A stretch of 63,663 nucleotides of DNA, filler included, from Octopus bimaculoides (lineage: Eukaryota): assembly GCF_001194135.2 (NCBI RefSeq). It is 5 parts of 4 records of this genome, joined end to end, with 100 filler letters (N's around TTAATTAATTAA, not from the genome) between each part and the next. Parts side by side here need not be neighbours in the genome. Positions count along the whole stretch, not along the records: positions 1 to 22,921 come from NC_068989.1; 4 more parts are not named here. One strand, 5' to 3'. Numbering within the stretch: position 1 is the stretch's first letter; each line of letters begins with the position of its first letter. Shown here piece by piece: positions 1-11,645 of the stretch. The notes under the pieces are model-generated. The model did not search any database, was not told the origin of the DNA, and saw nothing but the letters and a program-made list of their open reading frames with translations. Position numbers and translations under genes: made by a program.

Positions 1-24
1 TTTTTTTTTTTTTGTTTCTTTCAG

Positions 25-102
25 ACAGTACATCTGAGACTACCTTATCTAATGTGTCCAACTCATTTGAAGACAATAGATTGGGATCTGAAAGAAATTT
101 GG
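25..102 (+). CDS. Candidate coding exon of an unidentified plus-strand gene
   Basis: Long poly-T tract then ttctttcag acceptor; open phase-1 frame xSTSETTLSNVSNSFEDNRLGSERNL; ends at G|gtaact or at a TAA at 117-119; no homology recognised. Confidence 0.35.
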
Positions 103-736
103 GTAACTTTTCAGATTAACACCCGCACGATTTTCACTAGGGTGTTAGAGTTAGGGTTTTAGGGTTAGGGTTAGTGTTGGATCTAGTTCAAAATGGGGGC
201 ACCAGTTTTCATTTATGTTTTATGTAGTGTTTTTGGTACCGAAAGACTTTCAAACTTCGTATACTTATCTATTTTGTGTCGTAGTAACGCTGTGCGCATG
301 CGTAGTAAAACTAGTACTTAAAGAGTTTGTTTCACTTTCTAAGCCTCTTGAGCGCGATACCTCCGACGTGACAACACCTTGCTCCTCAATGAGGCATTCT
401 TCACCACGATGCCTTCGATGTGATAGCTACTTGCTCCTCTGGCATGCATCAAGGAAGCTCTTAACCTTCCAATACCAATTACTAATTAATCAACGGCTGC
501 TAAGCTGAATGACACAGGATTTGTAAAACCAAGCATCATCAAAAATAAAACTTGTTTTTATTATGTTGTTAATTGTTCTACTGTTTCTTAAGATATAATT
601 ATGTTGAAAGGTGATAGAGAGAGACTAATGTCTCTATTGCAACTATCAACCTTTTACAAGGGTTAGGGTTAGGGACGGAATTCCCACCATAACACTCTAG
701 TGAAAATCGTGCGGGTGTTAATCTGAAAATTTACCG
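101..736. mobile_element. Non-autonomous DNA transposon/MITE with about 47-bp TIRs and internal TTAGGG-like runs
   Basis: 95-147 and 690-742 are inverted copies with 3 mismatches; AAATTT flanks both ends; ttaggg runs at 150-173 and 660-674. Confidence 0.6.
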
Positions 737-1554
737 AAATTTGAATTGCCTTCTCTAGATTGTAATGACTTCAATAGTCTCTTCGCGCCTTATATTAACT
801 TAGTACTCAAATTACCAACTTTGTGGACTTGGTAGCTTGTAAAATTGTCTTGACTAGTAACAGAATGAAATCTTTATCATAAATACTAATGCGTTTGTGA
901 CCCATGCTTGTATTGTTTAGATAACTTATTACGATCAGCTCCTTTGTGGATATACAAGATACAGAAATAAGATATGCAAACAAAATAACTTTGTGTTCTT
1001 ATTTATTTATTTTATTTAAAAGAAAACGTAGCAAATAATTTCGGGGCTGTATTTATTTGGCATGAAATTTAATCTGTTGAAATAATTCGATATGTTGAAC
1101 AAATTACGTTGTCCTAGATCATGTTGCATGATAATGAGGACCAGATATAGACATAAACAAGTTATAAGATCAAGTACCGCCCATTCTATAGGGACTTCTC
1201 AATATCTCAGACTATATTTACATGTTAAAATTGTTATTCTTTCGTTACAAAGTAATGATTTAATCCAATCATTTACAATTAACATTGATAAAACAGGCAT
1301 AATTGCTAATAAATATAAATTTTATACGGGTTAAGATTTAGTCGTTGAAATTACCAAAATCCGACAATTTTTTTACATGAAATAACTTCGAATACAAAAA
1401 TTTTTATCTGTTCTATAACACAAAATATACAAGTATACAAAGTTTTAAAGTGTTTCGGTACCAAAAACACGACATAAAACATAAATGAAAAATGTTGCCC
1501 GTCAAACCAAAAAGATCCTTATTATTATTAACAAATTAAAAGCAGTGCTAGTAT

Positions 1555-2420
1555 TGTAAATATCATCGATCGCACATACTCAATGTATGTGTTTTGTTTG
1601 TTCGACTGTTCGCTGCCATATAACGTCTAGGGGACGATTCTCATTGCACTGGGTATTAAAACAACTGAAAGTCATATACAGGTGAGACAACTCACCTCCA
1701 ATCGAATTCAGGGCTGATGGATATTACACTATTTATATAAACACCTTCTCCTCGACTTACGACCGAGTTCCGTTCCAACTGACAAGTCGTAAGTTGATCT
1801 GGTCATGTGTCGGATTTATATTGTTCATCATTATTTTCATTCAAACGAGATATAAAAATATAAAACACCAAAAATTTAATCCATAATTATTGTACATAAT
1901 GTGAAAAATACCTAATATGTATATCTGTAGATGAAAGCATATTCCTTTTATCAGTCATTTTGTGGGTATTTCAGATACAACTGTAACAAATCGACATACA
2001 GCTGCTGCTTGAAAGTGACTGAGTGAGGGACAGTGGCAGGCAGTGGATGCCTGGGTCTGAGGGAGGCCTGCATTGCCAGATGCTGCCATAGTTACTGTAC
2101 GTGCAGCTGTTCAACGTCCAAAAATTGATTATTTATTTATGGCCATAAGTCGAGGAGAAGGTATAGTTATAGACTGGCGATTCAATTCGTCTTCAGTCCA
2201 TTTCAGGTACACGATGTTGATAAGCTACAAAAATGGTGAAATATTGGTATCCATCACTCCCGAATGGGATTGAAGGCAAATTGTCTCACCTGTCTATGAC
2301 GTTCAGGTGCTTTAACACCCAGTGTAATGAGAAAGTTGCCCCCCAGATGGTATTGCACTGCAAACCAGCAAACAAACAAAACGCATACATTGAACATGTG
2401 CAGTCAATAAATATTACACC
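1555..2420. mobile_element. Old foldback/MITE with long (about 170 bp) diverged inverted arms
   Basis: 1570-1730 aligns to the reverse complement of 2240-2405 (gcacatactcaatgtatgtgttttgtttg / ttctcattgcactgggtattaaa / caggtgagacaa). Confidence 0.62.
1742..2163. mobile_element. Tigger/pogo-like MITE nested in the foldback element
   Basis: TIRs caccttctcctcgacttacgacc and ggccataagtcgaggagaaggta, TA-rich flanks; CTCGACTTACGAC is typical of Tigger-type TIRs. Confidence 0.65.
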
Positions 2421-2635
2421 CAAGTCGACTTTGCCTTTCATCCTTTCGGGTTCAATAAATTAAGTACCAGTTGTGGTAATCGACTGGCCCCACTCTCCAA
2501 AAATTTCAGGCCTTGTCCTTATAGTAGAAAGGATTATTATTATTACTATTAAACCTTGGGAGATGCATTAATAGTATTTCTTTCAACACACGTATTCACA
2601 TCAAGAATCTTGCACACCAAATACACATACGAAAA

Positions 2636-2685
<50 letters not shown>

Positions 2686-3598
2686 AGGAACAATGGAAAG
2701 TCCACTCCAAACAACACGTTTATGAGGATGGAACTTTTGGGACTGCTGTATAACCCTGTACAAGTTTGAGGGCCCCACGGGTAGTGCAAATTCAAAGGCT
2801 GCCCAAGACAGCATATACTCTAGTTACACCACTGGATAAAAGGTGTTTTATTTGTGACCATCCCGTCTTTTACCCAGAAAGTGTATTTAAGATTACATTA
2901 GCTTACATGTCCTTCCTTCTTTTTCAACTGAAAGATATGATTGGAGAAAGATATCATTGTTATTTCAAGCAGGTTTACCAACCATGTCAACCATGTAGAA
3001 AATTATTACAAAAATATATTGATAACATATTAGCTATTATTTCTAATGGATATAATAACTGTCTGGATTATTTTGATAGTTATTTAATTAAATATAGAAT
3101 TATTTATGTTGGCAAGGATTAGGTTTACCTAACAAAATATTCAGTCCAGTTTTGAAAAAGCAATCATTTTTTTTTTAATCTTTAAAGTAATACATACACA
3201 TATGCATGTGCACACACACATACACACACACAATATTTTCAAAGGGGTTAACTTTGATTAAAGGGGAACAAAAAAATCTGGAGTTCAAGGAAGCAAATGG
3301 TGGTCTGTGGAAGCAAAATGTGTGTAATATGTTAAATATTGATTTTTAAAGTTAAAATGGATAATACCATAGGTTTATAGAATATAGTATGCAATACAGG
3401 GGATTCATCCTTATTTCATAGACCACAGAGAAATGAAAATTTTATTTTCTATACCAGTCATGACTATACCATCATATTCTGGATAATTTCATTATTGAAA
3501 AAGTTGATGGAATGGACAATACTCCTCTCAAATATATTTGTGGCCTTGTACCAATGAAAGAAATCATTATTATACATACAGGATAGATCCAAGTGTTA

Positions 3599-3660
3599 CC
3601 TGAGTTTATTGTAATTATTTGTAGTAATGCCCTTATACAAATAATTACAATAAACTCAGG
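3599..3660. mobile_element. 62-bp mini-MITE (perfect hairpin) flanked by TA
   Basis: TA-cctgagtttattgtaattatttgta, 12-nt loop, tacaaataattacaataaactcagg-TA; 27-bp perfect stem including the TA. Confidence 0.68.
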
Positions 3661-3666
3661 TAGTGT

Positions 3667-4045
3667 GGAGGTGCAATGGCCCAGTGGTTAGGGCAGTGGA
3701 CTCGCGGTCATAGGATTGTGGTTTCGATTCCCAGACCGGGCGTTGTGAGTGTTTATTGAGCGAAAACACCTAAAGCTCCACGAGGCTCCGGCAGGGGATG
3801 GTGGTGAACCCTGCTGTACTCTTCCACCACAACTTTCTCTCACTCTTACTTCCTGTTTCTGTTGTGCCTGTAATTCAAAGGGCCAGCCTTGTCACACTGT
3901 GTCACGCTGAATCTCCCCGAGAACTACATTAAGGGTACACGTGTCTGTGGAGTGCTCAGCCACTTGCATGTTAATTTCACGAGCAGGCTGTTCCGTTGAT
4001 TGGATCAACAAAAACCCTCGTCGTCGTAACCAACGGAGTGCCAAC
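3667..4045 (+). mobile_element. tRNA-derived SINE, family A (full length)
   Basis: A box tggcccagtggttagg, B box ggtttcgattccc; second copy in opposite orientation at 17983-18285. Confidence 0.85.
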
Positions 4046-4535
4046 CATTCTTTGAGTAGCTAGTCTTCTGCCTGGCTATGGGGAAGGAAGTTATGCATTG
4101 AACATAGTTAAAGGCTTAAGGACAGATAGTGGATGTAGTTAAAGGGTAAGAGGGCAGAGCTTTTTCTCTTCGGTCAACCCTAATCCTTGTCAACTTTCTT
4201 ATGTGCTCCTTAAAGAAAAAGATAAGGGTGGAGTGAAGGGTACTGCTTTCCAGTATGTTTTTACAAAAGCTGAGTGAGTTTCAAACAAAAGAATCTTGCC
4301 TTATTTGGACATGGTTCTTTACACTCTGAGTTCAAACCTTACAGAGGTTAACTTTGCCTTTCTCTCCTCCGGGACCAATGAAATAAAGTGTCAGTCAAAT
4401 ACTTGGGTTGGTTTTCCTCATCTGACCCCCCACCTCCTTTCATTTGAAACCTATGTTTGTGTTAGAAATAATTATTCTAGAGCAGCAGATTGGCAGAATC
4501 ATTACAGAATTGGACAAAATACTTTACTCTCTTAC

Positions 4536-5312
4536 TCTTTTACTTGTTTCAGTCATTTGACTGTGGCCATGCTGGGGCACCGCCTTTAGTCGAGCAAATC
4601 GACCCCAGGACTTATTCTTTGTAAGCTTAGTATTTATTCTATCGGTCTCTTTTGCTGAACCGCTAAGTTACGGAGACGTAAACACACCAGCATCGGTTGT
4701 CAAGCGATGTTGGGGGGACAAGCACAGACACACAAACATATACACACACATACATNNNNNNNNNNNNNNNNNNNNNNNNNNNNNNNNNNNNNNNNNNNNN
4801 NNNNNNNNNNNNNNNNNNNNNNNNNNNNNNNNNNNNNNNNNNNNNNNNNNNNNNNNNNNNNNNNNNNNNNNNNNNNNNNNNNNNNNNNNNNNNNNNNNNN
4901 NNNNNNNNNNNNNNNNNNNNNNNNNNNNNNNNNNNNNNNNNNNNNNNNNNNNNNNNNNNNNNNNNNNNNNNNNNNNNNNNNNNNNNNNNNNNNNNNNNNN
5001 NNNNNNNNNNNNNNNNNNNNNNNNNNNNNNNNNNNNNNNNNNNNNNNNNNNNNNNNNNNNNNNNNNNNNNNNNNNNNNNNNNNNNNNNNNNNNNNNNNNN
5101 NNNNNNNNNNNNNNNNNNNNATATATATATATATATATATACATATATACAAGGGGCTTCTTTCAGTTTCCATCTACCAAATCCACTCACAAGGCTTTGG
5201 TCGGCCCGAGGCTATAGTAGAAGACACTTGCGCAAGGTGCCATGCAGTGGGACTGAACCTGGAACCATGTGGTTGGTAAGCAAGCTACTTACCACACAGC
5301 CACAGCTACTCC
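4536..5312 (-). mobile_element. tRNA-derived SINE, family B (internal TA/CA microsatellite in gap)
   Basis: Reverse complement of the 7998-8402 copy; tRNA-like head near 5230-5310. Confidence 0.85.
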
Positions 5313-5522
5313 TAATTTACTGTATTTGTTATGACATTTTATATTCTGAGTTCAAATTCAATTGAGATCACTTTCATCCTTCTGTGGACCATGAAATAAA
5401 ATACCAACCAAGTACTGGGGGTCACTATAAATCAGGTATTCTCCTCCCCTTAAAGTTTCAGACCTTATGCCTACATCAATAGCAGTTATTCTTCTTGTTG
5501 TTATTTGGAAGACGTTTATGTA

Positions 5523-5528
5523 TTTATT
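5523..5528 (-). other. Candidate polyadenylation signal (AATAAA) just after the BBS5-like stop codon
   Basis: Plus-strand tttatt at 5523-5528 reads AATAAA on minus, about 10 nt after TGA; the motif is common in AT-rich DNA. Confidence 0.3.
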
Positions 5529-5538
5529 TCCTAGACAC

Positions 5539-5667
5539 TCAACAAGATGGAACATTCCATAAGTCTTGTACAGTGAGACCAGATGGTAGTTTCTCCATAG
5601 CCAATCCAAGATGATCGCAAAATTCCAGCTCACGACCTTGCATCTTGGTTCCGTCAGAAAGATAAGC
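5539..5667 (-). CDS. BBS5: BBS5-like terminal coding exon (human exons 11+12 equivalent)
   Basis: tttacag|GCT TAT CTT TCT GAC GGA...TGT TGA; AYLSDGTK...[18 protein letters not shown]. Confidence 0.93.
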   Translation of the reverse strand, partial: AYLSDGTKMQGRELEFCDHLGLAMEKLPSGLTVQDLWNVPSC

Positions 5668-8600
5668 CTGTAAATACATCAAAATAAATAAGATAAATAA
5701 TAATAATAATATTCTGAAATACATATCTGTGTACCATACTTAATGTATGTACACCAATGAATGGTATTATATGGCAGTTTTTGTCTGAGAGAAAATGTCT
5801 TCATAGACTTGTTGTGTCTCTGCAGTGTAGATGGTGGTGGTGGTGGTGGTAGTGGAGGTAGCATTGAAGGTAGGAGTGGCAGCAGCTGTAGCANNNNNNN
5901 NNNNNNNNNNNNNNNNNNNNNNNNNNNNNNNNNNNNNNNNNNNNNNNNNNNNNNNNNNNNNNNNNNNNNNNNNNNNNNNNNNNNNNNNNNNNNNNNNNNN
6001 NNNNNNNNNNNNNNNNNNNNNNNNNNNNNNNNNNNNNNNNNNNNNGGTGGTGGCGGCGGCAGTGGTGGTGGCAGTGGTGGCGATGGCGGCGGTGGTGGCA
6101 GTGGCGGTGGTTGATGATGTTGATGTTGTTTAGAATTAGATCAGCCCCGATCAAAGAGGACCATGGGGTCAAAGGCATTCCAGTCATGTCCATCCCATCT
6201 TTTCTCCCACGTACAGGGAACCTAGAATTATGTTATCCATTGTGTCTTTTCTTAAGATGTTTATGTCTGCTTTGGAGAATATTTGACTGCTGTTTCTAGC
6301 AAGTTGAGTAACCAGGTAGAGATATTTTTGCAAGCTGTAATGTAACAGTGTTGTTGTGTTGTAGTAGTAGCTGAGGTTGGAGTGACAATTGGTGACAAGC
6401 AGAGTAAAAAATCTTGCCTCATAGACTGATAGTTGGATCACCCGGCACAAATACTTCTAACAAGGTTTGAACTTTTCTCTCTCAGCTCTGTAAACCAGGA
6501 GGCACCAACAACTAATGAGGAATAGTGTGGTTACGGAAACGACTAGAAATAGCAACAAAATTTGCCTCAGATAACATCTTAAAAGAAGGACACATTAATC
6601 AATGCAGTTGTAGAACTCCTACAGTAAAGATAACTGTAGGTGAAATGCTTTCATCATTGGTTCACTCATTCAAAGCTGGTCTGAAACTAAGCAACAATAG
6701 AGTTTGAACTTGTAACATTGTGATCAGGTATCTAAAGTGCTTAGCCACACAGTTGTATGTGGCTCTCCACTTAGTTGTATGATAATCTCAAAACTCACGT
6801 ACAGCAAAGGCATCCAGAGGCTCCTCTTTCTGATAGTATTCGATAATTTCAAGTATTTCATGTTTTAGTTCTGTGTCAGAAAACTGGCAAGAGAAATTTT
6901 ATTGCAAAATTCAGAAAAATTAAAAAATATACAGTACAGTCATGCAGAAGTCAGTGGTTCAAAACCTGATATATAGACAGACATTACACTGTGTCCTTGT
7001 GACAAGTGAGTTGAGAGTGCCACCTCAAAGGAGCGCAGGTCATTATGGTAGCAGTAGAAAAAGTAGCGAGACGAGACAGTATGCCTGCAGGCTAGAGGTT
7101 AGAGCAAGTCTGAGAGAGATTTTATGCCAACCAGTCAAGTAACCATCTTCTGAATGCCAAAACAAGTAAACTTTCTCTAGGTATGGGTTGAATATCCTTT
7201 CTCTGGATATCAGTTGAATGGCTTTTCTCAGATATCAGTCAAGTAGTCTCTCGTAAGAACAGTGCATGCATCTGTTATCATGGTAACAGAGATGGAAGAG
7301 AAGAGAGATTAATCTTCCCATGATTAGCTTGCCAGTTTAGCACTGGTAATATTTCAAGATGATCTGATACCTCTTCTCTGACAGCTAGGCATTAACCTAC
7401 AGATATCCAAATTGAACATCAGTGATATTAATCTCACCAGCCTGTCCTACAATGTTATTCTAACAATTAAACAATCATATCATCAAAATGTCGAAGCTAT
7501 GAGAAAATGCATTATTAATTCCAGACAATGTGAATAGATAAGCATCACATGTGACAGGATAATCTGAATGCTAAAGGGTTACAGGTCACTGGCACTGGAC
7601 ATCTTCCTTAGATTGATCCATATATAACAAAAAAAACAAAAACTGAAATGATATGAAATGATGGCTTTTCTGTATTTTCCCATTTACCTCATTCTAAATG
7701 ATACTTTTAGGAATGGAATTACTCAAATGGCATGACAGTCAATGCTTTCAAGATGAAGACTAGTGATGCTTCAACAAAAAAAGGTTGAATTACAAAAAGA
7801 ATGGTATAATAAAAAAAAAAAAAAGCTAGATTTCAATAAATAATGAAAGAAAAAATATCCTAGGTTTAGCATTTGACAAAGGAATTTATTGGGTTAATTG
7901 GACCTTTTTTTAGATATAACTAAAGCTTCCTTACTGAAGAAGATGAAACCATTTTTGTGCGATAAATAAAGGTTAAAAATATTATTATTCAACATTAGGT
8001 GCAGGAGTGGCTGTGTGGTAAGTAGGTTGCTTACCAACCACATGGTTCCAGGTTCATTCCCACTGCGTGGCACCTTGGGCAAGTCTCTTCTACTATAGCC
8101 TCGGGCTGACCAAAGCCTTGTGAGTGGATTTGGTAGACGGTAACTGAAAGAAGCTCGTCATATATATGTATGTATATATATGTATGTGTGTGTATATGTT
8201 TGTGTGTCTGTGTTTGTCCCCCCAACATCGCTTGATAACCAATACTGGTGTATTTACATCCCCCGTAACTTAGCAGTTCGGCAAAAGAGACCGATAGAAT
8301 AAGTACTAGGCTTCCAAAGAATAAGTCCTGGGGTCGATTTTCTCGACTAAAGGCGGTGCTCCAGCATGGCCACAGTCAAATGACTGAAACAAGTAAAAGA
8401 GTATTAGAATTATTTCTAATTTTTGGCACATGGACAGCAATTTTAAGGGGAAGTCAATTACATCAATGCTAGTATTTACTGGTACTTTATTTTATCAACC
8501 TTAGAGGGATGAAAGGCAAAGTTGACCTTGGCAGGATTTGAACTCAGAACATAACGAGCTGGAAGAAATGCTACTAAGCATTTTGCTCTTAGCAACATTT

Positions 8601-9148
8601 CTTCTCACTCATTATGTTCTGAGTTCAAATCCTGCTACGGTCACCTTTGTATTTCATCCCTCCAGGATCAATAAAATAAAGTATCACTCAAGTACCGGGT
8701 TACATGTAAGCCCCTAACATCCCCACCCCAAATTTCAGACCATGTGACTATAATAAAAAAGAAAAAAAGATTCAATATGAAACCATCTTCAATAGACAGA
8801 GCAAAGTATAGATATATCCTTGAAGAGATCAGCCCTTATTTCTTTCTCTGGCAAAACATGACGGGTCAATAGTAGAAGCCAGAATGCTTATAATTATTTA
8901 AATATTACATTTTTAAAGACAGGAAATTAATATTACCTTTGAATCAATTTTGCAGTGAACACCAAAATTTGGATTAATTTTTGAGGCTTGGAAAAGACTA
9001 TGTAACACTTTAGCAACTTGTTTCAATTTTTCCTGAGGGTCCACTCTAAAGCCTAGCAGGTATCCACCACTCTGCAATTGAAAGAAACAAATCACATTCT
9101 TTAGGAACACACAGAAGATATATATATGTATATATATTATCATTATTA

Positions 9149-9194
<46 letters not shown>

Positions 9195-10187
9195 TATTAT
9201 TATTATTATTATTATTGGTGAGGAAGTGTGACAACGTTCTCGGGGAGGCTCTGGACACTGACAAGAATGAACTGGATAGTCTGTTCTGGAAGACTTTCCA
9301 GTTGGAAACTATCATGAATTTCCAGATGTCTTTGGCCTGGCAGTGCTACTAGATAGGTGGTGGGGGCGCTACCAGTTTGAGATAGACTCTACAGGCATGG
9401 ATGTGCTGTCAGATGGGCTTGTCCAAGATGCACGAGGAGTGATGAAACCATTCTACGAGCCCTCGTTCAGTGTCCAGGCATTGTTGACTTATGGGGTTAT
9501 GTAGAACAAGTATCATCATGTGTGAAATGGATCCATCTGTCGGCCGAGTCTGTAGTGATGATTGCCCTGCCACCCTCCTTCAATCGGGCAGGAAAGGTAG
9601 TTTTCCTTTGCTTGGTGGCTGTGGCGAAAGAGGTTGATTGGTGGACAAGGCCTGAGGACAGATACATTCCCCTTTGGTAGAGCTCCCATTGACTCCTTCA
9701 AGTTTCACTTGAAAAGGAAATTGAGAGTGAAGAGGGAAGCGCTGTCCTCAAGTGAGTTTATTGAAAGATGGGTGTAAGTTTCAAAAATGGCAAGAGTGGA
9801 TGGTACCTCTCTAAGTGTAGACCTGTGAGTCAGAGAGAAGGAATTACAGAGGGCACTTGTTCTTGGGGTTTCAGGGAAATCTCGGACAAAGCGGTTCCTC
9901 GATTATCTCTAGAGGCCTTCCTGTTTCAGGAGGGCCACATCTCTATCATCCTCCCTGCCACTTATTTTTATTTTTTTTAAACCTTGTATGCTATGCATAT
10001 GTCCCTTCTTTTTCAATGTGTACCATGTATGCTTTCTTTCTTTCTTTTTTTAATTTAATTTAATTTTTTATTTATTTATTTATTATTTATTATCATTTCA
10101 TTGTTATATGTAAACCCCAACACTTTATGTCTGTCTTTGTATTGTCCCCCTCAACCTTCGCCCTTGTGGCAAATAAATGAAACGATG

Positions 10188-10267
<80 letters not shown>

Positions 10268-10290
10268 CATTATTAACAACAACAACAACA

Positions 10291-10325
<35 letters not shown>

Positions 10326-10904
10326 AATAATAATAATTCTGCTTCTTCTTCCATTACTTGACCCATCTGTAATGCTTCTTTGTGATTAGCTGAAAGGGTA
10401 AGAGGGGTGGGAGAGAGGAGGGAAGACAAGTAGGAGATGGGGAGGACAGGTATGGGGAGGAGAGAGATGAGGAGGTGATGACAGATAGGGGGGGGAGAGG
10501 GAGAGACATGTTAGTGAGTGAAATGTGTAATTTTTTTTTTTTTAACTAAGTTTTTTTTTCTCTCTGTTACTTAGTCCATCTGAAACACTTTCACATGATT
10601 AGTTGAAGGGAAAGGCAAAAAGCGAAAGAAAAAGGAATGAGAAAAAAGTGAGAGAGAAAGAGGGGGAGTGCTGTGTATTATAAGTCTACAAAATTGTGCT
10701 TAAAGTATGTAAAGTGTATATATATAAAGTGCATTAAGTAAGCATCGTATTCCAATTTCCTTCACTTTTCAATGGTTAGCAGATGAGCAACTATCTTCAT
10801 ACAGACACAACTCAGGCTATGCTTTTAGGTTTTTTGGATAAAGTTTTCAGAAATAAACCAATAAGTTTACCATTAATTCCATAGGATATTCATGGGTCCC
10901 ACTA

Positions 10905-10967
<63 letters not shown>

Positions 10968-11614
10968 GTAATAATAATAATATATGCCCGGATGCAGTAC
11001 CAGGCAGTGGCTCTCATGGCTTCTGATCTTAATTGATTGGAAGTGTTATCATGTACATTGTTTTGTCTTGGTATAAAAAGATGGGCTACAGCAAATATTC
11101 TGCTTAATACCACAGATTTGCTTGTCAGTTGTTTGATCTTAACCAGTTGAGCATGTCCCTTGGTGGTTGACGATATGTGCATCTCTGATCATGAGCAGAA
11201 GTAGTGGGGGAGCATCATAGCCATGNNNNNNNNNNNNNNNNNNNNNNNNNNNNNNNNNNNNNNNNNNNNNNNNNNNNNNNNNNNNNNNNNNNNNNNNNNN
11301 NNNNNNNNNNNNNNNNNNNNNNNNNNNNNNNNNNNNNTTGGAAACATGGGTGTTTTGCTCAACATCCTTAAAGAAACCTTATTCAGGGACCTTTTGAGAG
11401 GGATGGGCTACTCGACCTAAAGAAAATTCCAACTGGGCCCCACCTGCTAGGTCATGCGCTGTTTATCTTGATATGAGATCACCATGTCGCGCACATATGT
11501 TTGTGATGAATGTGCCTGGTGTACCCTTATCAGACGGGTAGTCATGATGGGTATAATGGGCTTCATATATTTTACCCCAGTGTCACTTTGATGGCAAGGA
11601 CTGCTCTCTCATTC

Positions 11615-11645
<31 letters not shown>

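Noticed and set aside
3667-3740. tRNA genes at SINE heads
   Set aside because: A and B boxes run on into SINE bodies without a complete cloverleaf or terminator.
10340-10400. Minus-strand exon-like segment ([11 protein letters not shown])
   Set aside because: It is homologous to the Helitron-like repeat at 55725-55760.
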